A DNA stretch of 64,000 nt from Hormiphora californensis (lineage: Eukaryota; Animalia; Ctenophora): NCBI GenBank assembly GCA_020137815.1, contig CM035356.1, forward strand, positions 7,502,001 to 7,566,000, read 5' to 3'. Shown piece by piece: positions 1 to 19,063 of the stretch. Within the stretch, counting starts at the first letter, position 1, and every line of letters starts with the position of its first letter. Made by a program: the position numbers and the translations under genes. Under the pieces are notes generated by a model. It ran no database searches and had not been told where the DNA came from. It was given only the letters and a program-made list of their open reading frames with translations.

Positions 1-460
1 TTCAAGAGCTAGTTATGTGTCCTCGTGTTCGCTTAGCGTGTATCGTCGGTGCATCTGCCTGTCTCAGAGCTCTCTCATATATTCAGTGTAGAATTGAGTT
101 CTCGTACTGTGTAAGGGGAGAGATAGAGAGAGTGAGAGACAGAGACAGAGACAGAGACAGAGAGGGGGAGTGAGACAGAGACAGACAGAGATAGAGACAG
201 AGACAGATGTAATATTAGACTAGGACATGTGGTAGAGATTCATTTAGTGTGACTGAAAATACAAGCATTATGCAGCTAGATTTAGAGGGATATAACTCCT
301 CCTATTAGGAGCGTGGTGTATGTGAGAAAAGGAAATCGAAGAGTAGGCTGGAGCTACTGCATGAATGTGATGCTGAGAATTATGTTGCAAAATCGTGTGA
401 GTTTACCATCTTTGTTGTTGGGAGACTTAGAGAGAATAAGCAAGGATCGATACTTCCTTT

Positions 461-514
<54 letters not shown>

Positions 515-522
515 TCGCTCTT

Positions 523-619
<97 letters not shown>

Positions 620-632
620 TTCTCTCTCTCTC
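461..632. repeat. (CT)n microsatellite
   Basis: Near-perfect CT dinucleotide run. Similar (CT/GA)n runs occur at ~5683-5805, 18995-19059, 31915-31997, 44463-44507, 49335-49392, 54987-55090 and 56973-57203. Confidence 0.97.
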
Positions 633-985
633 TACTCTCCCAATTGTTTCATTGTGTTAGCTTCCTTTTCTCCGGACTCCAACCCATTGAGTTACATCCT
701 AGGCGCCCTTGCGATTTGTCGAATTACTCAACAACTTGCGATCCCATGATAAAGGGATCATAATACACCTACCGACATGTCGTTGTGCATTGTCCTTCTC
801 TTAATACCCTCCCCAGTGCAGACCTCAATCGCTGTTTTTTACAACTTACCTGCATCCCTGTTGTTCGTCCTTTCTTCAACTCTTTATTCAGTACTGTTGA
901 GATATCACCCCCTCATTCTCTTTTTTCTCTCTCTCGATTACATTAGGCGGTTGTCAGCACGTAGTCGTACCCCGGAACACACACG

Positions 986-987
<2 letters not shown>

Positions 988-1051
<64 letters not shown>
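988..1051. repeat. (CA)n microsatellite
   Basis: Pure CA run. Confidence 0.97.
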
Positions 1052-1052
<1 letters not shown>

Positions 1053-1152
1053 GTTTTAACCTTTCTTGTTGCCTAAAAAGTACAGGTAGCTGCGATGGCG
1101 TGATCAGTTCTAGGACGAGCTAGAGAGAGAGAGAGAGGAACAACATACACAC

Positions 1153-6836
<5,684 letters not shown>

Positions 6837-7180
6837 AGAGACTGTGATATATATGACCTGTGATCTTTTAGTTTTGGACAATTTTAACTGAATTCATCCA
6901 CGTCTCTTGAAGTTTTTATCCCATTGATCTTTTAGCGCTTACCAAAACATTAGTTCCGAATGGAGTAGAGAGTGTGAGAGAGTGAGTGAGAGAGAGTGTG
7001 TGTGTGAGATTGAGAGAGAGTGTGTGTTCTTCTTTTTTCTCAATTTGAGTTTGTTTGTATTATTGACTAGTGATGTCGGATGTATGTATAAGAGACACAA
7101 TGTATTATCATTTATTACTATTTGCCTGAAAAACGGCCCAAGTAAAACTCCGACTTTTCGCATTTGGTGAGCTAATATAT

Positions 7181-7850
7181 AGTACATAACGTTCTGCACG
7201 CAGTGCAAGCGCGCCATATACGCTCTGCACTGCAGAGCGTATATGGAGGTGAAATGCACGACAGCGCAGCTGGAGTGCATTTCACACCTATATTGCACGA
7301 GTGTAACGAGTGCGATATAGGAGCGCTTGCACATGCCGTGCAGGACGTTATTGAGTATATATTCCGCGAGAAAGCACATGACAAGCAAAACAATCATAAT
7401 TTTGGGTGATTACACACAGAGAGATGTGACAAAACAAGGTACAAACTAAGCAAAGCTACACAAAAATACACTTCTACACCTGTTACACACAAGGGAACTC
7501 GTTCTGTTAGTTTTAATTAGTGAAAAGAAGAGAGGAATAAAGAGAGAGATACGAGAGAGGGAGATTGGAATTCTTGGAAATAGTGAACAACAAAACACGA
7601 TAAGGGGATAATTAGTGAGAGAAAGAGGGAGAGTGAGTGTAATTTGACAGACTTTGTGTCGCTTGGCACTGTGTCAGTCATATTCTGTGTGTTTGTGTGT
7701 GAATAAGGTGTAAAAACACTGAGGGGACATTGTTCTTACTTATATCCCGCTACCTCTATTATATCTGCACGCTCCCGCGGAAGCACAGTGCATATTTCAC
7801 CGTGCAAATGGTCGCGCGGAGCGGGAGTGATATGTGCACTCGCGGTATAT
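7181..7850. mobile_element. Non-autonomous insertion of about 670 bp, present in one copy of the duplicated segment only
   Basis: Copy B reads gagctaatatataagtttagcag contiguously at ~15785-15807. In copy A this sequence is split by a CpG-rich insert with internal hairpins, in a TA-rich site. Confidence 0.7.
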
Positions 7851-8270
7851 ATATAAGTTTAGCAGTACAACGTCACTCTATATTACACTGTGTGATGTCC
7901 TCTTTTTAACTCTTTCTACAATTCATTCTCTATCAGATATATATTGCTGCTTGACGGAGAACACGTGCACAGCTGGCTGAGATATGACTCACAATATACA
8001 CTAGCTGGAACTAGCTCTGATATATGACTCAATAAATCAAACTCTACTAGCTGGATTCTGGAAGTTCTGATATGCACCACACAATCTGGAAGGAATATTA
8101 ACACACACTCAGGTAGATATATATTCGATCAGTAGTCGTGATCTGAAACCACTTTACACATGCATAGTTTTACACAGCTGTAAGAGAGAGAACACATCAG
8201 CTCACATTTCACATGTCCATTTGTCTCATTATTTCAGTGTCTCTACCACTAATCACATATTTCAGGACAA

Positions 8271-11200
8271 CTACCCGAAGATGAAGGATGACGCCCCACC
8301 GGGAGGGTTTACTATACGAGTACTGGGTCGGTAATCCTCAGCCTCCTGACTCTGGCTTCTGTTCACATGGTCGTTCACTCTGACCGAGGTTCTGATTGGT
8401 ACAGGGCTGTCATCAAATACAACTGACTTGTTTCTCTCGATCTGTGAGGGAGGTTAGTTAATTATGGGGTATCATTATGGGTATAATTCGAACAGGACCA
8501 TGGTTATTTGAAATGTTCGTAGTTGTTGAGTAAGGGGTCGACAAGTTCGTACTGTCACCGCAGTAAGAACTGTTCAAATGGTTGTCATTTGGAATTGGAT
8601 GTGTTTGGGAATAACACGAACAAAGGGGAACAAAGGGGTTAACTTTGTAGCAACTAGCTACCTGGGCAGGTGACAGTTCGGGTGACAGTTCAGGTGCCGC
8701 CTCCTCCGCCTCTCCATCGAACACCCGACTCCCATACTTCTGTTGTGCAGTACTGCTGAAATCTCTCCTATTATCCCTCTGTCCATCCTCGAATATGGTT
8801 GATCTGTTTCGGCACTCAGCTGTAACGGTGAAATCTCGGGACGGGTAGTTTGTTTTCCTTTGGTACCGTAAAGGGGGGGGCGTTTTTGGTTCCTGGGGCC
8901 TGCAGGTGAAAAATTTGGGGGTTAATTTGGGGGTTTGGGGGGAAAATCATTCTTAAACTCTCCCCAACCCCTTGGGGGTGGAAAGGGAAGAGTAGAAAAA
9001 CATTTGTCGCATTTGCCCAAATTTTTTTGAAATTACAGGGGGGGGTTTCTTTTGTGTTGCGGGGGGGAAACAAACCGACTGTACTATCTAGAGTTTTTTC
9101 CTTAAAATTGTATCAGACTGCAGCTCCCGAAACTGGGGTACATTTGGAAAATGTAGATTGATAAAAAACCCGAAAATGCAACCTGACACGACCCCCCCAC
9201 CCTTTGGGAACCCCCCAGTTTACCTGACAGGGTAAAACCCCGTGTTCTTGTTTTGGTAACAAACCCGGGACAGGGTGAAACCAGTTTTTTCCTGTTTTGG
9301 GAAACAACCCGACGGGGTAAAACCAGTGTTCCTTTTTTGGGAAACCAAAACCTGCCCGGGTGCCCCCACGTTTTTCCCTGTTTTTTTAATTTAACCTGAC
9401 AGGGTAAAACAGAGTTTTCCCCTTTTTTTGGAAACTAACCTGACAGATTAAAACACGTTTCCTGTTTTGGGGTAACAAACCGACAGAGTAAACCCACAGT
9501 TTTTCCTGTTTTGGGTAACAAACCCTTACAGGGAAAAACCCCGTTTTTTCCTGTGGTGGAAACAAAATTTCAGGTAAAACCCCAGTTTTTCCTTTGTTTT
9601 GGAAACTAACCTGCCCAGGGGAAACCCCGGGGGACTTTTCATCCCTAACCTGACAGGGTGAAACACGTGTCCCGGTTTAGAACCTAACCTGACAGGGTGA
9701 AACACAGGGGTTCCGGGGTTTTGGGGAACAAACCGGACAAGGTAAAACCAGTTTTTCCTTTGGGGTTGGAAACAAACCTAACAAGTGCCCCCCAAAAGTG
9801 TTCTGTTCAGAAAACTAACCGGACAGGGGGAAAAAAAAGTTTTTCCTGGGGGTGGTAACAAAACCTGAAAAGGGAAACAAATTGTTCCTGGGGTTGGGGA
9901 ACTCCCCTGCCCGGGTGAAACACAGGGGTTTTTACTGTGTCGTAAAAACCTTTACCCCAAAACTTGGGGGTGGAAAAAGGGGAGAGAGGGGAAAAAACTT
10001 TTGGGAAAAAAATTTTGGGAAAATTTTTATGAAATTTTACAGGGAAGGTGTCTTTTGTTTTGTTTTCTGTGAAAAACCCCCCCTGTCTATCTGAGTTTTT
10101 CTTCAATTTCAACTCCCAGCTGCAGTACTGAGTACACTGGACAATGAGTTTAAATATAACCCCCGGACAAAATGCACCAAACACGGCCCCCACCCCTTTT
10201 CCCCTTACCTGACAGGTAAAACCCAGTGTTCCGGGTTTTTGGTAATAACCTGACGGGGGAAAAAACAGTTTTCCCTGTTTTGGGTTTAACAAACCCCGAC
10301 AGTGGGGAAACACGGGGTTTTTCCTTTTTTTTAAAACCCCCCTTTGGGGGGTTTAAACACAGTTTTTCCTTTTGGGGTAACTAAACCTGACGGGGTAAAA
10401 CACAGTTTTCCTGTTGGAAAACTAACCGGACGGGGTAAACACAGTGTTCCTTGTTGCCCCCTAACCGGGAAAGGGTTTGAAACCCATTTGTTCCTTGGTG
10501 GTAACTCCCCTGACGGGGTAAACCCAGTTTTTCCTGTGTTGGTAAAAAAACCTGACGGGGGTAAAACACAGTTTTCCCTGTTTGGTAACTACCGACAGGT
10601 GAAAAAAACAGTTTTCCCTGTGTTGGAAACCAACCTGACGGGTAAACCCCACAGTTTTTCGGTTTTTGGAAAACTACCCTAAAAAGGGGGAAAACCCGGG
10701 GGGAAACCGTTTTGGGGTAACAAACCTGGCGGGGTTTAAAACAAAAGTTTTCCCCTGTTTTGGGGTAACAAAACCTGACGGGGGGAAAACCCCAGTGTTC
10801 CTTTTTTGGTAACAAACCCTAAGGGTAAAACACGGGGTTTTCCCTTGTTTGAAACAAAACCTGACAAGGTAACCCCCGTGTTCCTGTTTTTGGTAACTAA
10901 CCCTTGGCGGGGTTAAACCCATTTTTTTTCCTGGGGTTGGAAAACAAACCTACAGGGGGAAACAAAAAGGGTTTTTCCTGTTTTGGGGAACAAACCCTGA
11001 CAGGGTGAAACACAGTTTTCCTGTTTGGTAACTAACCTAAACGGGGTGAACACGGGGTTTTTTCCGGGTGTTGGAAAACTAACCTGCAGGGGAAAAAAAG
11101 TGTTCCTTTTTTGGGTTAACAACCTGACGGGGTTGGAAAACGTTTTTTCCGGTGAGGGTAACTAACCGGCGGGGTAAAACACGTTTTCCCTGTGAGGGTA

Positions 11201-13048
11201 ACAAACCCGACAGGGGAAACCCATTTTCCTTTTTTTGGGAACAAACCCTAAAAAGGGTAAAACCCCAGTGTTCCTGTTTTGGGTAACAAACCTACGGGGG
11301 AAAACGGGGTTTTTTAGGGTTGGAAACTAACCTCCAGGGTGAAACCATTTTTCTGTTTTGGTAACAAAACCTAAACATTTTTGGAACCAGGTTCCTGTTT
11401 TTGGGAAACCTAACCTGACGGGGGGGAAACAAGTGTTCCTGTTTTGGTAATAACCTGACAGGGTAAACACAGTGTTCCTTTTTTTGGGAAACTAACCGGA
11501 CGGGGAAAACACGTGTTCCTGGGGGGGTAACAAAAAGGGCAGGGGAAAAAACATTGTTCCTGTTTGGGGAACTAACCTGACGGGTTTAAACCCCGTGTTC
11601 CTTTTTTGGTAACTAACCTGACGGGTGAAACAAAGTGTTTGTTTGGGGTAAACAAACGGGGGGTAAAACACATTTTTTTCCTTTTTTTTAAACCTAACCT
11701 GACGGGGTTAAAACCCGTTTTTCCTTTTTGGGAAACTAACCTGACGGGGAAAACCCCATTTTTTCCCGGGGGGGGTTAAAACCCGGGACAGGGGGAAACA
11801 CAGTGTTTCCTGTTTTTGGTAACGAAACCTGGGGGTAAACACAGTTTTTCCTTTTTTTGGAAACCAACCTGCCAGGGTAAAAAAACCGTTTTTCCTGTTT
11901 TGGGTAACAACCCGGGACGGGAAAAAAAAAGGGGGGCCTGTTTTTGGCCCAACCCTTTGGCAGGGGGAAACACATTGTTCCTGTTTCAGAACTAACCTGA
12001 CAGGGGAAACACGGTGTTCCTTTTTTGGGTTTAACAACCTGACAGGTAAAACCCCAGTTTTCCTGGGTTGGTAACAACCGAAAAAGGTGAAAAAAACGTT
12101 TTCCTGTGGTGGTAAAAACCTGACGGGGGAAAAAACATTTTTTCCTTTTTTTGGTAACAAACCGGCATTTTAAAACAAAAGTTTTCCCCTGTTTTGGTCC
12201 CTAACCTGGCAGGTGAAACCGGGGTTCCGGGTTGGAAACAAACCTTTAAAAGGTGAAAAAACATTTTTCCGGTTTTTGGAAACGACCTGACGGGTGAAAC
12301 ACATTTTTTCCGGGGGTTGGAAACCTAACCTGCCCAGGGTAAAACACAGTTTTCCGGTGGGGGTAACAACCCTTTACGGGTAAAACCAGTTTTCCCCTTT
12401 TTTGGTTAACTAACCACAGGGTGAAACACAGGGGTTCCTGTATCAAAACCAACCACAGGGGGAAAAAAAAGGGGGGCCTTGTTTGGTAACTAACCTGAAG
12501 GGTAAACCCCGGGTTTTTTCCTGTTTTGGGTTTAAAAACCCTTTACAAGGAAAAACCCACAGTTTTCCTGTGGGGGGGAAAACTAACCTAAACGGGTAAA
12601 ACCAAAGTTTTTGGGGGGGGAACTAACCTGACGGGGTTTTAAACAAAAGGTGTTCCTGGGGTTGAAAACTAACCTGGAAATTTAAAAACAGGGGGGGTTT
12701 CCGGTTTTGGTCCCCAACCTGAAAAGGTGAAACCCATTTTTTCCGTTTGGTAACAACCTGCAGGGTAAAACACAGTTTTCCTGTTTTGGGAAAACAACCT
12801 GGAAGGGGGAAAAACCCAAATTTTTGGGGGGTAACAAACCAAAGGGGTTCCCCCTTTTCCCCCTGTATTAGAAAACCAAACCTGAGAGGGTGAAACACTT
12901 TTTCCTTTTTTTGGAAACTAACCTGACGGGGGAAAACCAGGGGGTTTTTCCTGGGGATCCTCCTCCCAACGGGTTTGGGGGGGGGGGCCCCTCCTGGACT
13001 GTGTGTCCCCCGGACTGAGGTGTTCTCTCCTCCTCCGTGCAGAGACAT
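8271..13048 (-). CDS. Jupiter/HN1/SPIRAL1-like PGG-motif microtubule-associated protein, copy A (3' exons clean, 5' part error-rich)
   Basis: Exon ~8899-8661 encodes ...RNRSTIFEDG...YGSRVFDGE...PAQ. Exon 8442-8271 encodes IERNKSVVFDD...RPSTRI/(1-nt shift)KPPGGASSFIFG*. A degraded exon 1 starts at 13048. The S-x-[IV]-F repeats and terminal PPGG-S-S-x-x-x-G motif match this family. Confidence 0.7.
9220..12955. repeat. Long degenerate array of the 41-bp satellite in low-quality sequence
   Basis: Noisy copies of cctgacagggtgaaacacagtgttcctgtgttggtaactaa with homopolymer expansions, interrupted at ~9940-10200 by a copy of the flank. Confidence 0.9.
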
Positions 13049-16000
13049 TATTTATTTACTGGAGAGGGGGAAATTTGTTAAATGTTGGGACGGGGGGTTT
13101 TGGGGGTTTTGGGGGGGGGGGACCAAACAAAAGATTTTGGGGGGGGGGGAATTTACATGAAAAGACCCCCCCGTAAAAGCATTTGAAATAAGTTGAATGT
13201 AAAAATGAAAAAGGGAATGATTTAAACAAATCCAAAATCAACATTAAAATTCAAAAACAGGGAGAGAAAAATTTACGAAAACCCCACGAAAAGGGGTTTC
13301 TTTGGGAAGGGAAATTTAAAAAATTTGATTTGGGTGTTTTAAACAAAAATTTTTAGAAGAAAAACCGAAGCAAATAGCCTGCCCCTTGGTGACAAAGTTA
13401 CCCCCCCTTCCAGCGCGCGAAGGGGGGGCTTTTTAACCAATTCTGGCCCATATCCCAAGGGGGGTTTGGGGGCAGCAGGGCACAATAAAAAAAGAAAAAA
13501 GGGAATGACATAGCGACCCACTTTGGTTTAAATTTGGGCCTAGATCTTTTGGGGGGTTTCGGGAATCTAGTGAACAACATTGGTAAACAAAATAAATTTA
13601 AGCAGCCCCCAGAGGCGTAGAAGAAGGGAAAAGAAAAGAGATAAGGATAGGCCCCGGGGAGAGTATATAGAGAGGGGGGGAAAAGATACCCTAAAGGCCC
13701 TTGCCCCTGGGTCCCCATCACCTTTCAAAAAGCCCCCCAAGAGAAAAAACGCCCCAATAATTTTAAATTTTTTGGGGCCCCGGGTTCCTGACAAACCCCC
13801 CCCCCCCCCCCCCCCTCACAAACTCAGCAAAAAAATTTTACAAAATTTTTTCACCAAACTAAACTCTAGGATCGAGGGTTGGATTTTTTTAAAACAAAAT
13901 CATCCCGGTTTTAGATAATTTAATTCACAAATTTATACACTTTAAAAATTGGGGGTCCTTTTTGATATACGAAATTCCTCCAAACTTGGAGTTGGAGAAG
14001 ATTATTTTTGAAAAAAATTTGGGAAAAAAAATTTGGGGGGCAAAAGGGTTTTCCAATTTTATCTTTCCCTCTCTCTCCATCTTGCCACTCTACTAAAGCT
14101 GCAAACATACACTTGAGAATTTTATCCAGAGATTCCGAATCATCTTAGAGAGAGGGTAGAGAGAAGATTTGCAAGTAAAAGGAAAAGGGGGAGAGGAAAG
14201 GGGGAGAAAAACAAGGGGGAAAAAAAAGGGAGATATCGGGAGAGAAAAAGAGGGCCCGGAGGCAAATTTCAGTGGGCTCTGTTTTGCAAACCCGAGACTG
14301 GAAGTTGTCCCCACGGGCCCCCCTCCGCCCCCCCAAATTTTTCTTTATCCCTATCTCTCTCCTCGCTCTTCTCCTCTCTCTCTCTCTCTCTCTTTTCTCT
14401 CTCTCTCTCTCTTTCTCCCCATTTTTTTTGCATGTACGCCGATCAAATCAATCATAAATGATCTAATGAATCGTAATAATTGTTCATATAACTACCCTAG
14501 TTAACCACAATTAAACCCCATGTCTTTATTTAAGTAAAAACATATTGCCGATTATCCGGAATCTATTATTGAACAATGATCCGTAATGATCCGGTCGCAT
14601 TCTTGTTCGGCAAACTCACCACCGCATCACAAAATTCTGATAACATCCACCTCCCCCCCCCCCTCCCCTACATCATGACCCCCCTCCTCAATTATTGATC
14701 GCCCTCTATACCCCAGGATTATGATGATGACGACAATGGCCAGTTGGATTTCTCTGAGTTCCTCAAAATGATGTCCCAAAAACAATATGTGAGTGTGAAA
14801 GATATAACTCGATCAGGATCATGTCATAATAATGTGGGGATTTGTCTAACAAATAATTTAAATTTGTGATTTTCAAGGAATCTTCATGAAGTTGAAGTTC
14901 AACAATTCCGGCCAACAATTCCTCACAAGAACCTCATCCTACTCTCACCCCTAACTCAACCTCTCCCTGCAGGTTCTGAACGAGGTGGCGGAGGACAATA
15001 TCAAACAGGCCTTCAAAGCACTAGATAAAGATGGCAGTGGATAATTAAAAAATTTTGAACTGTTTCCAAGTAATGCGAGGTCCGGGGGAACACATGACAA
15101 GGGTATAATTTTCTTTCCTCCCACATGTTTTCTGTAATGAGATCTTCTACATATCGTTCTGCGAAGTGTGGACCACCTTCTCACATATCTTTCGGCAGAA
15201 GGTTGATCACCTTCTCACATATCTTTCTGCGTTCTTCATTCAGGTTGCAGTGGCATTGCCCCCTTATATTTCCCTGAAATTTGCTTGTTTACCGATGTAA
15301 TTTTCTTTTTTTCATAAACACCACTACAATTCCTTGTTGAGTAATCAACGCATCCATTTCAGGAGGATGTGGAAGATATGATAAGAGAGGGAGATCTAGA
15401 TGAGGATGGTAGGATCAACTTGGAAGAATTCATCATTATCATGAACAGCAATAGAGAGACTGTGATATATATGACCTGTGATCTTTTATTTTTGGACAAT
15501 TTTAACTGAATTCATCCACGTCTCTTGAAGTTTTTATCCCATTGATCTTTTAGCGCTTACCAAAACTTTGTTCCGAATGGAGTAGAAGTGTGAGAGAGTG
15601 AGTGAGAGAGAGGTGTGTGTGAGAGAGATTGAGGGGAGTGTGTGTTCTTCTTTTTTCTCAATTTGAGTTGTTTGTATTATTGACTAGTGATGTGGATGTA
15701 TGTATAAGAGACACAATGTATTATCATTTATTACTATTTGCCTGAAAAACGGCCCAAGTAAAACTCCGACTTTTCGCATTTTGTGAGCTAATATATAAGT
15801 TTAGCAGGAACAAACGTCACTCTTTTATTACCCCGGTGATGTCTCTTTTTACTCTTTCTACACATTCATTCTTATGATATATATTGCTGCTTGACGGAGA
15901 AACACGTGCACAGGGCTGAAAATATGACTCACAATATACACTAGTGGGAACAGTTCTGAAAATAGATAAGTAAATCAAATTACTAGCTGGATTTGGAAGT

Positions 16001-16193
16001 TCTGATATGAACCACACAATTGGAGGAATATTAACACACACCAGGTAGATATATTCGATCAGTAGTCGTGATCGAAACCATTACACATGCATAGTTTTAC
16101 AAAGCTGTAAGAGAGAGAAACATCAGCTTACAAATTTCACATGTCCATTTGTTCATTATTCAGTGTCTCTACCACTAATACATATTCGGACAA

Positions 16194-17622
16194 CTACCCG
16201 AAGATGAAGGATGACGCCCCACCGGGGGGGTTTACTATACAAGAAATGGGTGGGGAATCCTCAGCCTCCGGACTCTGATTCTTTTAAAAACATGGTCAAA
16301 AAATCTCCCGGGGGTTTGATGGTACTGGGTGTATAAATAAAAACCTAAATTGTTTCTTTCGATTGGAGGGAGAGGGAGGTTATTTTAATTATTATCGCGG
16401 GGTTTTTAATTTCCCCCAAAAAAAATTTCACACACGAGGTGGGAATGGGGGCAAACTTTGGGAAAGGGGGTTAACAAAACCGGCAATTAGTCGGGTTACC
16501 GGGCGGGGTGATAGTTGGGGGAAGTTCATGGGCCCCAAGGGGGGTTTAAGTTGGTTTGAAAGAAAATGGAAAGGGGGATGTTCGGGTGACAGTTACCTGG
16601 GCGGTTTGAAAAGTTGGGTGATAGGTCAGCTAAACCCCCTCCTTTTCCCCCATCAAAACACCCGACTCCCAAAATTCTGTTTGCAGTACGCTGAAACTTC
16701 CTATTTCCCTTTGCCCATCCCGAAGGGGGTTTTGATCTGTTTGGCACCAGCTTTTGGACATTTGAAATTCGGGACGGGTGGGTTTTTCTCCTGGTCCCGG
16801 GGAAAGAGGGTTCGATTTGTTCCTGTTGGCCTGCAGGTGACAAATTGGGGGTTAGTGAGGGGTGAGGGATCATTCTTCACTCTCACAACACTTGGGGGTG
16901 GAGAAAGAGGAGAGAGTAGACAAACATTTGTCGCAATTTGTCAAAGTTATGCAATTACAGGGAAGGTGTCTTTTGTGTTGCTTGCTGTGACAAACCGACT
17001 GTACTATCTAGAGTGTTCTTCAATTGTATCAGACTGCAGCTGCAGTACTGAGTACACTGGACAATGTAGATTAGATATAACACCGACAAAATGCACCTGA
17101 CACTGACTCCCCATCCTTGTACCCAGTTACCTGACAGGGTGAAACACAGTGTTCCTGTGTTGGTAACTAACCTGACAGGGTGAAACACAGTGTTCCTGTG
17201 TTGGTAACTAACCTGACAGGGTGAAACACAGTGTTCCTGTGTTGGTAACTAACCTGACAGGGTGAAACACAGTGTTCCTGTGTTGGTAACTAACCTGACA
17301 GGGTGAAACACAGTGTTCCTGTTTTGGTAACTAACCTGACAGAGTGAAACACAGTGTTCCTGTGTTGGTAACTAACCTGACAGGGTGAAACACAGTGTTC
17401 CTGTGTTGGTAACTAACCTGACAGGGTGAAACACAGTGTCCCTGTATTAGTAACTAACCTGACAGGGTGAAACACAGTGTTCCTGTGTTGGTAACTAACC
17501 TGACAAGGTGAAACACAGTGTTCCTGCGGATCCTCCTCTCCATACAGGTTCAGGGTTGTCTTCCCTCCTGGACTGTGTGTCACCCGGACTGAGGTGTTCT
17601 CTCCTCCTCCGTGCAGAGACAT
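16194..17622 (-). CDS. Jupiter/HN1-like PGG-motif protein, copy B (exon 1 clean, 3' exons error-rich)
   Basis: Exon 1 at 17622-17500 encodes MSLHGGGENTSVRVTHSPGGKTTLNLYGEEDPQEHCVSPCQ and ends in phase 0 at cag|gttagt. Exon 2 begins ctgcag|ANRNKSN at ~16830. Stop at 16194-16196. Confidence 0.7.
17130..17526. repeat. 41-bp tandem satellite, ~9.7 clean copies
   Basis: Period 41 (units at 17130, 17171, 17212 and so on); unit cctgacagggtgaaacacagtgttcctgtgttggtaactaa. Confidence 0.97.
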
Positions 17623-18990
17623 GATATATATCAGCTGGAGAGGGGGAGTTTGTTAAATAGCTGGTACTGGTGATATGTTGTTGTGTGTGAGGGGACTCAA
17701 TACAACAAGAGTGTGGGTGGTTTCAATTGACATGACGACAGACGTAGATGCAGTAGAGAATAGAGTTGAATGTAAAAAATAGAAGAGGGAATGATTCAAG
17801 CACTCAAAGTCAAGCATTAAAATTCAAAAAGCAGTGAGAGAATATTCACGAAGTCTATCGAAACGTGTGCTTGAATGAACTTTAAAATTAGATTGGATAG
17901 TTCAAACGATTTGAGAAGAAAGCCGAAGCAAGATAGCCTGCCCCTTGGTGACAAAGTTACCCCTCCCTTGCCAGCGCGCGAAGGGGTAACTTTGTAACCA
18001 ATTCTGTCCCATATGATTGTTTTGGACACGTCAGGGCACAATAAAAACAGAATAAAAAGGGAATGAACATAGCAGACCTACGTGGATATATTGGACACTA
18101 GATCTTGGGGTTGCGGTAATCTAGTGAACAACATTGGTATCAAAACATAAATTCAAGCAGCCCACGAGAGGCGTAGAGAGAAGGAAAAAGAAAGAGAGAT
18201 AAGGATAGAGGGGGAGAGAGATAGACAGGCTAGGGGCAGAGATAGAGAGGGAGGGAATGATATCACTAAAGATCATTCCCTGCTCCCCATCACACTTAGC
18301 AAAGAAGCTCCCAGAGAGAAAGAACGCTCCCAATAATTTTATTTCCTTTCCCACTGAATTCCTGACATGGCCCCTCACCCCCCCCCCCCCCTCACAAAGC
18401 TCAGCAAAAAATGTCACAAATTGTTTCACAAACTAAGCTTTGGGATCGACGGATATGGATAGTTTATAAACAAAGCATCATCCCAAGTTTGAGAAGTGAA
18501 TGTGAAGTTCACAAGTGTATACACTTGAACATTGGTGGTCCTTTCGATATACGAGTTCCTCAGACCTTGGAATTGCGGAGAAGAATCAGATTACTTTAGA
18601 AGGATAGAAGCAAGATACAAGTTGTATTACAACATGTTACCACCACAGAAATACAACTTCATCTAATGCCACTATACATAAAGCTGCATCATAGCAGCTT
18701 GAGAATTGATCCAGAGATCTCAGAGATCATCTGAGAGAGAGGGTAGAGAGAGAAGAGTAGCAAGTAAAGAGAGAGAGAGAGAGGGAGAGAGAAGAGTAGC
18801 AAGTACAAGTTAAGAGAGAGGGAGATATCGGGAGAGAAAATGAGGTCTGGAGGAGGCACAGTGGAGCGATCTGTATTTGAACAGAGACTGGAAGTTGTCC
18901 CACGCACTTCCGCGACATTACCAAGCTTTTTCTCTTTAATGACTTGGTACAGGAGAGGACTTTTTATGGGACAGAAAAGAACGATAGAGT

Positions 18991-19063
<73 letters not shown>

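Larger units (their letters stand above)
14430..18910 (+). other. Second copy of the ~5810-14330 segment (calmodulin-like exons 3-5, Jupiter-like gene, satellite, flank)
   Basis: 14430-17130 aligns by eye to 5810-9220, and 17520-18910 aligns to 12950-14330. The copy-B calmodulin exons (14718-15454) carry indels. Confidence 0.9.

Noticed and set aside
313-660. SLSLSL / ERERER ORFs here and elsewhere
   Set aside because: They are translated dinucleotide repeats.
8816-14504. Dozens of F/P/K/G-rich ORFs
   Set aside because: They are translations of homopolymer-corrupted satellite and flank sequence.
14718-15454. Second calmodulin-like gene or pseudogene
   Set aside because: Only exons 3-5, nearly identical to copy A apart from indels, so better explained as part of the suspected false duplication.
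17130-17526. CRISPR-like appearance of the 41-bp repeats (also the 71-bp array at 53998-54610)
   Set aside because: Units are head-to-tail with no unique spacers, there are no cas genes, and the context is eukaryotic.
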